Below, piece by piece: positions 56,331 to 64,000 of a stretch of 64,000 nt of DNA. The stretch lies in assembly GCA_041650615.1 (NCBI GenBank), contig JBAZKU010000001.1, positions 249,216 to 313,215 of the forward strand. Direction: 5' to 3'. The notes under the pieces were generated by a model. The model was not told the DNA's origin. It did no database searches and was given only the letters and a program-made list of their open reading frames with translations. Each line of letters starts with the position of its first letter. The first letter of the stretch is position 1. Source of the stretch: Minisyncoccota bacterium. Its GTDB lineage: Bacteria; Patescibacteriota; Minisyncoccia; Phycocordibacterales; UBA9973. The translations under genes and the position numbers were made by a program.

Positions 56331-57665
56331 TCAAAATTTGTAAAGGGTATCATGCGAAGCAAACTTAGTTAAAAATTCTTTCTTAAACTCAAAAAATTTA
56401 TCATCTAAAATTGACTGGCGAATATCATCCACCAGATGAGTGATAAAGTATAGATTATGAATTGAAGCAAGTGTTCCGGCTAACATTTCCTTGCCGTGAA
56501 AAAGATGCGCGATATAAGCTTTTGTGTAGTTCTTGCAAGAATAACATTCGCAATCCTTTTCAATTGGCGAAAAATCATTTCTGAATTTTGTATTCATAAT
56601 GCTTATTTTCCCGTTTTTGGTATAAATTGTTCCATTTCTGCCAAGTCGGGTCGGTAAAACACAATCAAAAAGATCCACTCCGTTTTCTATTCCCATAAAT
56701 AAATCTTCCGGTTCCCCTATGCCAAGCAGATGGCGAGGTTTTTCTTCCGGCAAAATTTCATTCACCCATTTCACGGCCGAAGACATATCTTCTTTGGCAA
56801 ACGAACCACCGATACCAAAGCCGTCAAAACTTCTTCCATTCACATTTATTTCCGAAATAATTTTAGCGGATTTTTTTCGTAAAGATTCCTCGCGTCCTCC
56901 TTGCACGATACCGAATAATGCCGGAGAAAAATCTCTTTTAGAGGGTGTCTCGCAGCGCGACGGCGCGAGAGGCAGCGCTCCGTCAGCAGACGGAGACAGC
57001 GACCCTATAAAAGAGGAATTTTCTCCGGCGCTAGAAAGCAGCAATTTCTGATGCTCCTTTAAACTCCTCTCCGCCCAGCGATGTGTGCGCTCCAGGGCTT
57101 CTTTCTGATATTTTAGGTCTTCGGTGGGACTGGTGCATTCATCAAAGGCAAAAATAATATCCGCGCCCAAATTGTGTTGGATTTGAATAGATTTCTCCGG
57201 AGTGATGTAATGAATGCTGCCATCTAAATGAGATTTGAAGGAAACTCCATCTTGTCCTATTTTTGCCAGTCTGGGAGCATCAGAATCATCAAATCGTTCC
57301 GGAATTAAAAGTGAAGGGTCAATTATTTTTGTAATTTTAGAAATGTCTTTTCCATAAGCAGCGCCCAAAGAAAAAACTTGAAAACCTCCGGAGTCTGTCA
57401 TCGTAGGTCCTGCCCAATTCATAAACTTACCGATACCTCCCGCGTCACGCACTATTTCATCTCCTGGTTGTAAATATAAATGATAAGTATTACCAAGTAC
57501 CACTTGCACGCCAATATCTTTTACTTGCTCTGGGTTTAAAGATTTTACCGTTGCTTTCGTCCCCACCGCCACAAAAGCCGGGGTTTTTATTTTTCCATGC
57601 GAAGTTGTTATTATTCCCACTCTTCCTAAACTATTTTTTAATTTTTTTTCAATTTTAAAATTCAT
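56331..57665 (-). CDS. tgt: queuine tRNA-ribosyltransferase (tRNA-guanine transglycosylase), with a 36-aa in-frame insertion
   Basis: GRVGIITTSHGKIKTPAF, VVLGNTYHL, DGFGIGGS, LLGIGEPEDL, Zn site CECYSC. Confidence 0.85.
   Translation of the reverse strand: MNFKIEKKLKNSLGRVGIITTSHGKIKTPAFVAVGTKATVKSLNPEQVKDIGVQVVLGNTYHLYLQPGDEIVRDAGGIGKFMNWAGPTMTDSGGFQVFSLGAAYGKDISKITKIIDPSLLIPERFDDSDAPRLAKIGQDGVSFKSHLDGSIHYITPEKSIQIQHNLGADIIFAFDECTSPTEDLKYQKEALERTHRWAERSLKEHQKLLLSSAGENSSFIGSLSPSADGALPLAPSRCETPSKRDFSPALFGIVQGGREESLRKKSAKIISEINVNGRSFDGFGIGGSFAKEDMSSAVKWVNEILPEEKPRHLLGIGEPEDLFMGIENGVDLFDCVLPTRLGRNGTIYTKNGKISIMNTKFRNDFSPIEKDCECYSCKNYTKAYIAHLFHGKEMLAGTLASIHNLYFITHLVDDIRQSILDDKFFEFKKEFLTKFASHDTLYKF
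56921..57028 (-). repeat. 108-bp GC-rich palindromic in-frame element in tgt (outer stem CCGGAGAAAAAT/ATTTTTCTCCGG), paralogue of 6896..7003
   Basis: Shared core on the coding strand: gggtcgctgtct...gagcgctgcctctcg...ctgcgagacaccc; encodes FIGSLSPSADGALPLAPSRCETPSK. Confidence 0.6.
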
Positions 57666-58474
57666 TATCTCTCCACTTCCACAAATTTCAATTCTTGAAT
57701 ATTCACCGGACTGGCAAACAATGCTTTTTGGAAAGCATCGCGCGGGTCAGAAATTATTGTTTGCACTGTCGCGACTAAATACGGCGTGATTCCGGGCAAA
57801 ACTGCTTCAACCCCTTTTTCTAAAATAAAATCTCTCGGTAAAATCATTTCAAAATTTCCTCCGCCCCGCCCGATTAATTGCATAAAAATATCCTCTCCAG
57901 TTATGACTACTTCGGTTTTTTCTCCCGGATTTGAATACAAAATAACTTTAGAAGAACTTGTATTGATTTCTGCAACACGTCCGATCGGTATATTTCCCAA
58001 AGCAAAAACTTTTTGTCCTGACAATATTCCATCTTCTGTACCCACATCAATAACCAGCGTGTCATAGGGAGATTTATTCGGTTTAGATAAAATATTGGCT
58101 AAAACCATATTTGTTTTTTCATTTTTCCCTGCCTGCGCAGGCAGGCGTCCCAAAATTTCTTTTATTTTAAAATTCTCATCCAAAACGGAATTATAATTTG
58201 TCATTCTCGCTTCTTGCTCATTTAATTTTGATTTTAAACTTTCATTTTCTAAGAGAAGAGATTTTTTAGAATAAAAATAGGAACCGATATTTGATAATTT
58301 TTCACTAATATTATTTCCTAAAATTAAAACGGGGTGGAAAATAACAGATGAGAGATAAGAAAATCCTTGAAAAATGGGGCTTCTAAAATAGATTAAGGTA
58401 AACAAAACTATAATAAAAATTATATATTTAAAATATTTATTTCTTTTTATCTTTTTATCTAGGAGGTAATTCAT
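57665..58474 (-). CDS. mreC: rod shape-determining protein MreC
   Basis: N-terminal TM, coiled coil, β-barrel region DTLVIDVGTEDGI; lies downstream of mreB. Confidence 0.7.
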   Translation of the reverse strand: MNYLLDKKIKRNKYFKYIIFIIVLFTLIYFRSPIFQGFSYLSSVIFHPVLILGNNISEKLSNIGSYFYSKKSLLLENESLKSKLNEQEARMTNYNSVLDENFKIKEILGRLPAQAGKNEKTNMVLANILSKPNKSPYDTLVIDVGTEDGILSGQKVFALGNIPIGRVAEINTSSSKVILYSNPGEKTEVVITGEDIFMQLIGRGGGNFEMILPRDFILEKGVEAVLPGITPYLVATVQTIISDPRDAFQKALFASPVNIQELKFVEVER

Positions 58475-59501
58475 CTTGATTCCTAATTAAAATTTCACTA
58501 TAGGATGGAATATCATCTAAAATAACACCTGTTCCGCGAGCAACAGCGGTAAGTGGATCATCTACCACAAAAACTGGAATTTTGAGAGTATTTTGTAAAA
58601 GCTCTCCGAGCCCTCCCAATAAGGCTCCACCACCAGAGAGAGTAATACCTTTGTGCATTATGTCGGATAAAATTTCAGGAGGTGTTGTTTCCAATAAATC
58701 TTTTACCCCTTCTACAAGCCCTTTGATTGATAATGAAAACGCCTCACGAATGTCGGAATCTGTCACTACCACTTCACGAGGAAGACCTGTCAACAAATCA
58801 CGTCCGCGGACTTCTGTTTCCATATATTCCCCGGGAAGAACAGAGCCAATAACTATTTTTACCATTTCAGCCGTGGTTTCGCCGATTAAAATTTTAAATT
58901 CATCTCTCATATAGGTGATGATGTCATTATTAAATCTATCGCCAGCCACCTTCAAATTTTTTGATTTAACAATTCCACCCAAAGAAATAACTGCAATATC
59001 TGTCGTTCCCCCTCCAATGTCTATAATCATAGAACCGACAGGATCTTTGATAGGAAGTCTTACACCAATAGCTGCTGCCATAGGCTCTTCCACTAAAAGC
59101 ACTTCCCGCGCACCGGCTGAACGAGCAGCATCATAAACAGCGCGAGTCTCCACATTGGTCGTGCCAGACGGAACACCAATCAAAACTCTTGGTCTGGCAA
59201 GTTTTTTAGACATTTTATCCGCCTTGTTTATTAAATATGAAAGCATTTCCTCCGTAACTTCAAAATCCGAAATAACCCCGTCTACAAGCGGAAGAACAGC
59301 TTTGATGTGCCCCGGAGTTCGTCCAAGCATCTCTTTCGCTTTTTCACCCACTGCTAAAATTTGATTGGTTTTAATATTTACCGCTACTACTGAAGGTTCA
59401 TTTATGACAATGCCATGACCTTTCAAATATACCAAGGTAGTTGATGTACCTAAGTCTATACCGATGTCATTGGAAATTAATTTGTAAATTTTATCAAACA
59501 T
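58455..59501 (-). CDS. mreB: rod shape-determining protein MreB
   Basis: DLGTSTT, IGVPSGTTNVE, IDIGGGTTD actin-fold motifs. Confidence 0.9.
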   Translation of the reverse strand: MFDKIYKLISNDIGIDLGTSTTLVYLKGHGIVINEPSVVAVNIKTNQILAVGEKAKEMLGRTPGHIKAVLPLVDGVISDFEVTEEMLSYLINKADKMSKKLARPRVLIGVPSGTTNVETRAVYDAARSAGAREVLLVEEPMAAAIGVRLPIKDPVGSMIIDIGGGTTDIAVISLGGIVKSKNLKVAGDRFNNDIITYMRDEFKILIGETTAEMVKIVIGSVLPGEYMETEVRGRDLLTGLPREVVVTDSDIREAFSLSIKGLVEGVKDLLETTPPEILSDIMHKGITLSGGGALLGGLGELLQNTLKIPVFVVDDPLTAVARGTGVILDDIPSYSEILIRNQDELPPR

Positions 59502-59516
59502 AAAATAATTCGCGTT

Positions 59517-60809
59517 TTAATTTTTTGATTTTCGAATATTCATTATCTCGTCCAAGGTGACAATCTTTCCTTTTTCCTCTGTCCTTTTCTTTAGTTCTAT
59601 GCCCCCTTCTTTAATGCTTCTTTCTGAAACAACAGCGCGATAAAAAATACCCAGTAAATCGGCTTCGGCAAATTTTTCTCCGGCAGAAATTTCTTTTCTG
59701 TCGTCAAAAAGCACCTCATGAACTTTGGAAAGGCTTTCATAGATTTTCTCTGCTTCGGCTAAAACTTCTTTATTGTCCCCTAAAACAAGCAAGTGAAAAT
59801 GGAAAGGAGTAATAGATTCAGGCCAAATTATCCCTTTATTATCAGATAACACTTCTACAACTGTACCCATCAATCGGCCGAGTCCAATACCATAACTGCC
59901 CATTATTACTGGCTTTTCTTCGCCATTTTCGTCTTTATATTTCAAATCAAAAGGAGCTGAAAATTTTGTCCCGAGCGAAAAAATATTTCCTACCTCTATC
60001 GCTCTTTTTTCAACCAAATTTTTTTTCTCCAAATTCAGTTTTTTCAAAGTTTCATCATTCAGAACTTCCTTATTGACAGCTATATTTTTATTTTCATCAA
60101 CATAGATTGTATCTTCACCAGTACTGGTAATTGTTTGAAATTCATGAGAAAACTTTGAAAAATTTCCACCAGAAGCAAAAGTTAAATAAGTTAGGTGACC
60201 AATTCCAGTTCTTCTGAAAATGTTTTGATAAGCAATTTTTGATTTTTCATAAAATTCGTTATGTTCTTTTTCATCTCTTGAAAAAGAATAAAGTGCTTTC
60301 CAGTAAAATTCTCTCCCCCTTAAAATTCCGGATTTGCTCCTCGCTTCATTCCTAAAAATATTTTTAAAATCATAAGGATACAACGGCAGATCTTTGTAAG
60401 AACTTATGTACTGCTTTAAAATATTTGAATAAGCTTCTTCGTTAGTAAAAGACAAACCAACCTCTCCTCCATTTTTTAATTTAGTTTTAAACCAGTTATC
60501 TACTATCTTATCATCCCATCTATTTGATTTTTCCCAAACTTCTTTATTTTGGAGAACGGATGTTCTCATTTCTATTCCGCCAATTTCGTTCATTTCCTCA
60601 CGAATGATATTTTCAATCTTATTTAAAACACGCAAACCAAGGGGTAAATACGAATATACTCCAGCCATTTCTTTATGAATAAAACCTCCACGGATAAGAA
60701 GTTCCGCGTTTTTTGACACTTCGTCCGAAGGAACTTCTTTCTTGGTTTTAGTAAAAAGTTTAGATTGTCTCATAACCTTCATCTTAACCGAAAAAGGTCT
60801 TTTGGTCAA
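59517..60809 (-). CDS. proS: prolyl-tRNA synthetase (short form)
   Basis: ELLIRGGFIHKEMAGVYSYLPLG, class II motifs; 430 aa. Confidence 0.65.
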   Translation of the reverse strand: MTKRPFSVKMKVMRQSKLFTKTKKEVPSDEVSKNAELLIRGGFIHKEMAGVYSYLPLGLRVLNKIENIIREEMNEIGGIEMRTSVLQNKEVWEKSNRWDDKIVDNWFKTKLKNGGEVGLSFTNEEAYSNILKQYISSYKDLPLYPYDFKNIFRNEARSKSGILRGREFYWKALYSFSRDEKEHNEFYEKSKIAYQNIFRRTGIGHLTYLTFASGGNFSKFSHEFQTITSTGEDTIYVDENKNIAVNKEVLNDETLKKLNLEKKNLVEKRAIEVGNIFSLGTKFSAPFDLKYKDENGEEKPVIMGSYGIGLGRLMGTVVEVLSDNKGIIWPESITPFHFHLLVLGDNKEVLAEAEKIYESLSKVHEVLFDDRKEISAGEKFAEADLLGIFYRAVVSERSIKEGGIELKKRTEEKGKIVTLDEIMNIRKSKN

Positions 60810-60847
60810 AGTTGCAAAAGAACGAATCTTCTGCTAGAATAACCCTT

Positions 60848-61576
60848 ATGCAAAAAGTAGAAAATAGAAATACGGGCGATTCCGTAAGTGTGGAAAAGAT
60901 GTTTGAGGCAGGGACGCACTATGGTTATGGAAAATCAAGAAGGCATCCTTCCGTTTCTTCACATATATATGCCACCAAAAATAATGGAGATATAATAGAC
61001 TTGGAAAAAACGAGTATTCAGCTTGCGCGCGCGGCAGAATTCGTTAAAAGTTTGGGCGCGCAAAATAAAACTATTCTTTTTGTCGGCACAAAGCCGGAAG
61101 CTAGAGAAGTGATAAAAAATACAGCCTTAAGTTTGAATATGCCTTATGTTAATGTGCGATGGATCGGAGGCACTTTAAGTAATTTTACGGAAATAAAAAA
61201 AAGAATTACTGAACTTGAAAATTACAATAAAGAAAATGCGGAAGGCGAACTTGAGAAATATACTAAAAAAGAAAGGGTGGTTTTGGCTAAAAAAATGGAG
61301 AAACTTTCAAAGTATTATGGGGGATTGCTTGGTTTAAAAAAGGTCCCTGATGTATTATTTATTATTGACTCTAAGGCGGAACATATAGCAGCTACCGAAG
61401 CTCAGAAATCAAGTATTCCCGTCATCGCATTGGCAAATTCTGATTCAAATATTAAAGATATTGATTATCCTATAGTCGGGAACGATTCCGGAATACCATC
61501 TATTAAACTTTTTACCGCTTCTATCGCCAGCGCCTATAAAGAGGGCACAATGTCTGTGCCTGTTAAAGAAAAATAA
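60848..61576 (+). CDS. rpsB: 30S ribosomal protein S2
   Basis: MFEAGTHYGY..., ILFVGTK, C-terminal S2 fold. Start chosen at the second in-frame ATG (60848); the ORF is open from 60812. Confidence 0.85.
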   Translation: MQKVENRNTGDSVSVEKMFEAGTHYGYGKSRRHPSVSSHIYATKNNGDIIDLEKTSIQLARAAEFVKSLGAQNKTILFVGTKPEAREVIKNTALSLNMPYVNVRWIGGTLSNFTEIKKRITELENYNKENAEGELEKYTKKERVVLAKKMEKLSKYYGGLLGLKKVPDVLFIIDSKAEHIAATEAQKSSIPVIALANSDSNIKDIDYPIVGNDSGIPSIKLFTASIASAYKEGTMSVPVKEK

Positions 61577-61580
61577 AAAT

Positions 61581-62360
61581 ATGTCTAAAGAGATAACTAC
61601 TAAGTTAATAAAGGAACTTAGAGATGCCACAGGCATTTCGGTAATGCAATGTAAAAATGCTCTAGAAGAGGCTTCTGGAGACATAAATAAGGCTCTTGCT
61701 ATTCTAAAAAAGACCAGTTCTGATATAGCCCTTAAAAAGGCAGACCGTAATGCTAAAGATGGAAGAGTTTGCATTAAAACAACAGGTAAAAAATCCATAC
61801 TGATTGCTTTACATTGCGAGACTGATTTTGTGTCTAGGAACGAAGACTTTGTAAATTTGCTTTCCAAATTAGTAGATATGGCACTTGAAGAAGGTATAGA
61901 GAAGATGAAAAAAAATGCCAAAGATATGATTGATCCTTTAATTCAGAAAACCGGAGAAAAAATAGAACTTGGCGATATATATGAGGTAAAAGGAGATATT
62001 TTAGGAAACTACGTCCATAACAATAAAATTGCCGTTATTGTTTCTTTAGATGGCGGGAATGAAGAACTTGCTCGTGATGTCGCTATGCATATTACCGCCA
62101 TGAAACCGGAATATATTTCTCAAGGTGAAATAACCGAAGATGCAAAAAGGATAATTACTGAAATTTTTCAGAAAGAAATCGCCGGTATAAATAAACCGGA
62201 AGAAATAAAGAAGAAAATGTTGGAAGGCAAAATAGCTACTTATTTCAGAGAGAAGACCTTAGTTGATCAAGCCTTTATAAAAGACCCAAACGAAACAGTA
62301 GGCAAACTTTTAGATAAAAATAAAGCAAAAATAAAAGAAGTAAAGCGTTACTCAATATAA
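61581..62360 (+). CDS. tsf: elongation factor Ts
   Basis: ITTKLIKELRDATGISVMQCKNALEEASGDINKA (UBA-like N-terminus), dimerisation domain. Confidence 0.85.
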   Translation: MSKEITTKLIKELRDATGISVMQCKNALEEASGDINKALAILKKTSSDIALKKADRNAKDGRVCIKTTGKKSILIALHCETDFVSRNEDFVNLLSKLVDMALEEGIEKMKKNAKDMIDPLIQKTGEKIELGDIYEVKGDILGNYVHNNKIAVIVSLDGGNEELARDVAMHITAMKPEYISQGEITEDAKRIITEIFQKEIAGINKPEEIKKKMLEGKIATYFREKTLVDQAFIKDPNETVGKLLDKNKAKIKEVKRYSI

Positions 62361-62366
62361 AATATT

Positions 62367-62780
62367 ATGTATTTTCCTTTAATTTTATTCTTCCTGTCTC
62401 TCATTGGTATCATTATAATGATATGGCGCGAATTGGTACTCGTCAGAAACGGTCAAGTCGCAACAGCGCAACATTCGCACCCTTTTGTTCCGGAATTACA
62501 AAAAATAAAACACCTAACTTTTAAGAATATAAGAAGATTAGGTTATTTAACAATCTTTGTAACCCTCAGATTTTTTATTAAATCCTCAAATTTCTTAAAA
62601 ATTACCAGTAAAATGCTTTTGGAAGAATTAAAAAATAAGCTCAAAAAAAATAAGAATAGCTCTTTAGATGGAACAATAGAAAAAAAAGAGGTTTCAAAAT
62701 ATTTGAGAATAATCTCGGAATATCAACAAAAAATAAGAAAAATGAAACACAAAATAAAAGAAGAAGAGGGTATAAAATAA
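62367..62780 (+). CDS. hypothetical membrane protein
   Basis: One or two TM segments; K-rich tail. Confidence 0.3.
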   Translation: MYFPLILFFLSLIGIIIMIWRELVLVRNGQVATAQHSHPFVPELQKIKHLTFKNIRRLGYLTIFVTLRFFIKSSNFLKITSKMLLEELKNKLKKNKNSSLDGTIEKKEVSKYLRIISEYQQKIRKMKHKIKEEEGIK

Positions 62781-62800
62781 GTGTGTTAATATAACGTTAT

Positions 62801-62873
62801 GCCACCTTAGCTCAGTTGGTAGAGCAACGCTTTTGTAAAGCGAAGGTCCTCAGTTCGAATCTGAGAGGTGGCT
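62801..62873 (+). tRNA. tRNA-Thr (TGT)
   Basis: GCCACCT acceptor, D arm GCTC-AGTTGGTA-GAGC, anticodon loop TTTGTAA, T loop TTCGAAT. Confidence 0.8.
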
Positions 62874-63259
62874 CATAAATTAAATTTTCTTTCAACTTCC
62901 TTTATCTTATCCACCATTTGCATAGGATTATATTGGCTTTTCACAAGATAAAGTACTGCACCTAAACTTAGGGCCTTTTCAGCATCCGCTTCCCCAGCTA
63001 GATTGGTAAGCATAACCACCGGCACATTTTTTAGTTTTTCATTTTGTTTTATCTGCCTTAAAACTTCAAAACCGTTTACTTTAGGCATCATTACATCCAG
63101 AAGTATTACACCTGGAGCTGTTTCCATTTTCCCCAACTTTGAAAGCGCTTCCTCGCCATCAAGAACCATTTCCGGAACATAGCCATTTGCCTTTAAAACC
63201 CGTTCATACATACGAGTCATCAAGGGGTCATCTTCAGCCATAAAGATTGTTGTTGCCAT
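62873..63259 (-). CDS. single-domain response regulator (CheY-like)
   Basis: MAEDDP, ILLDVMMP, VMLTN, YLVKS. Confidence 0.8.
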   Translation of the reverse strand: MATTIFMAEDDPLMTRMYERVLKANGYVPEMVLDGEEALSKLGKMETAPGVILLDVMMPKVNGFEVLRQIKQNEKLKNVPVVMLTNLAGEADAEKALSLGAVLYLVKSQYNPMQMVDKIKEVERKFNL

Positions 63260-63283
63260 AGTTTTGTGAGATTATAATCTCTT

Positions 63284-63664
63284 TTACTTTTTTATTTTTA
63301 TAACTTCTTCCAATTTTTGCACTATTTCTTTCGGAGTATTTTCCATTTTTACCAGATAAAGGCTTACCCCGAGTTCGGAAAACTCTTTTTCATGTTCTTT
63401 CTCAAAAGAATTGGTAAGCACCACCACCGGCACCTCTTTTAATTCTTTGTAAGTGCGAATTTTCCTAAGTAAATCCAAACCGTTCATTTTAGGCATCATT
63501 ATATCTAGGGCTATTAGATCAGGCGGTGGATTCATTACCTCTAAAAGTTTTATTGCCTCTTCCCCATCATGAGCTACTAGAACTTCGTGATTTTCAAGAC
63601 GAAAGATACGCTCATACATTCGAGTAATAAAAACATCATCATCAATAATAAAAATTTTACTCAT
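63284..63664 (-). CDS. single-domain response regulator (CheY-like)
   Basis: IIDDDVF, IALDIMMP, VVLTN, YLVKM. Confidence 0.8.
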   Translation of the reverse strand: MSKIFIIDDDVFITRMYERIFRLENHEVLVAHDGEEAIKLLEVMNPPPDLIALDIMMPKMNGLDLLRKIRTYKELKEVPVVVLTNSFEKEHEKEFSELGVSLYLVKMENTPKEIVQKLEEVIKIKK

Positions 63665-63741
63665 CCCGTTAGAAATTTATACTAATTAATAATACTGGAC
63701 CTTTATATCCCGTTTTCAATATTTTCATTATTTCTAACGGG
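63665..63741 (-). mobile_element. MITE-like element (TIR CCCGTTAGAAAT ... ATTTCTAACGGG) abutting the response-regulator start codon; 6-bp direct repeats ATGAGT (minus strand)
   Basis: actcat at 63659..63664 and 63742..63747; same TIR family as 6044 and 11839. Confidence 0.4.
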
Positions 63742-63775
63742 ACTCATAATTTTATTTGGTTATCTTATAATTTTA

Positions 63776-64000
63776 TCACGCATTGAAGGGTAGTGTAAAG
63801 GCAAAAGTGCTACCTTTCCCCACCTCGCTTTTTTCAAGACCAATAGTCCCGCCCATTTTAGAAATAAGCAAACTGGAAATATAAAGACCGAGTCCTGTGC
63901 TTTTGCTGACGTCTCTGGCCAAGGTTTGCTCCCCGGCAGGTTGGAATTTCCTGAATAACAAACTCTCATTTTGTTTGGATATGCCAAGTCCGGTATCAAT
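63776..64000 (-). CDS. sensor histidine kinase, C-terminal HATPase_c portion (gene continues beyond the window end)
   Basis: Frame of ORF 63776..63961: TGLGLYISSLLISKMGGTIGLEKSEVGKGSTFAFTLP (G2 box and C-terminus of HATPase_c). Confidence 0.5.
   Translation of the reverse strand: MDTGLGISKQNESLLFRKFQPAGEQTLARDVSKSTGLGLYISSLLISKMGGTIGLEKSEVGKGSTFAFTLPFNA

Noticed and set aside
60812-60847. Longer rpsB start at 60812 (MQKNESSARITL...)
   Set aside because: S2 proteins begin close to the MFEAG/MLEAG motif. The second ATG (60848) gives a conventional N-terminus, while the first would nearly abut proS. This is a start-site choice only.
63776-63999. ORF 63760..63999 (-, 79 aa) as a gene
   Set aside because: The other frame (63776..63961) carries an unmistakable HATPase_c G2-box sequence. 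The 79-aa ORF is the wrong frame of a histidine kinase that continues past the window.
1-64000. CRISPR arrays
   Set aside because: I scanned for regularly spaced 25-40-bp direct repeats and found none. The only short tandem-like repeats are coding low-complexity (acidic tail, Lys-rich tails).

Overview
This is an AT-rich (about one-third GC), compact, mostly housekeeping window that looks like a Candidate Phyla Radiation / Patescibacteria-type bacterium. All calls were made by eye from the sequence and the supplied ORF translations; no searches were run.

Core genes recognised: the dnaE 3' part, pth, lepB, hisS, def-fmt, hpf, three GH130 domains in two ORFs, a P-type ATPase, otsA/otsB-like trehalose genes, znuABC with a divergent zur, a class II-like ribonucleotide reductase, tgt, mreBC, proS and rpsB-tsf. 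RNA genes are three clustered tRNA-Ala (TGC, GGC, CGC), tRNA-Asn, tRNA-Thr and a reduced RNase P RNA.

Most notable accessory and unusual content:
- A roughly 9.1 kb integrated element sits at the 3' end of tRNA-Asn (24-bp att direct repeats at 35317 and 44407). It carries a large serine recombinase, an excisionase-type HTH, an N6-adenine methyltransferase with a PD-(D/E)xK partner, a Panacea-domain antitoxin with a RelE-like partner, and two large proteins of unknown function.
- A SipW-type signal peptidase lies in a minus-strand operon with three proteins carrying SipW-cognate (TasA/camelysin-like) signal peptides and other surface proteins. This looks like a surface-fibre / adhesion locus.
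- Three copies of a short inverted-repeat element (TIR CCCGTTAGAG) are each inserted exactly at a start codon with a 6-bp duplication of ATG plus the second codon, at def, the EamA gene and a response regulator.
- A 108-bp GC-rich palindromic element is inserted in-frame in both fmt and tgt, with compensatory stem changes between the copies (reminiscent of Rickettsia palindromic elements).
- An IS200/RAYT-like Y1 transposase is flanked by inverted REP-like hairpins and bounded by a duplicated dnaE 3' end.
- Paralogous single-domain response regulators are tandemly duplicated with a 92-bp identical tail, and one copy has its phospho-acceptor Asp replaced by Glu.
- Two unusual fusions: a sensor-domain-fused trehalose-6-phosphate synthase, and a GT2 synthase fused to a putative β-barrel.
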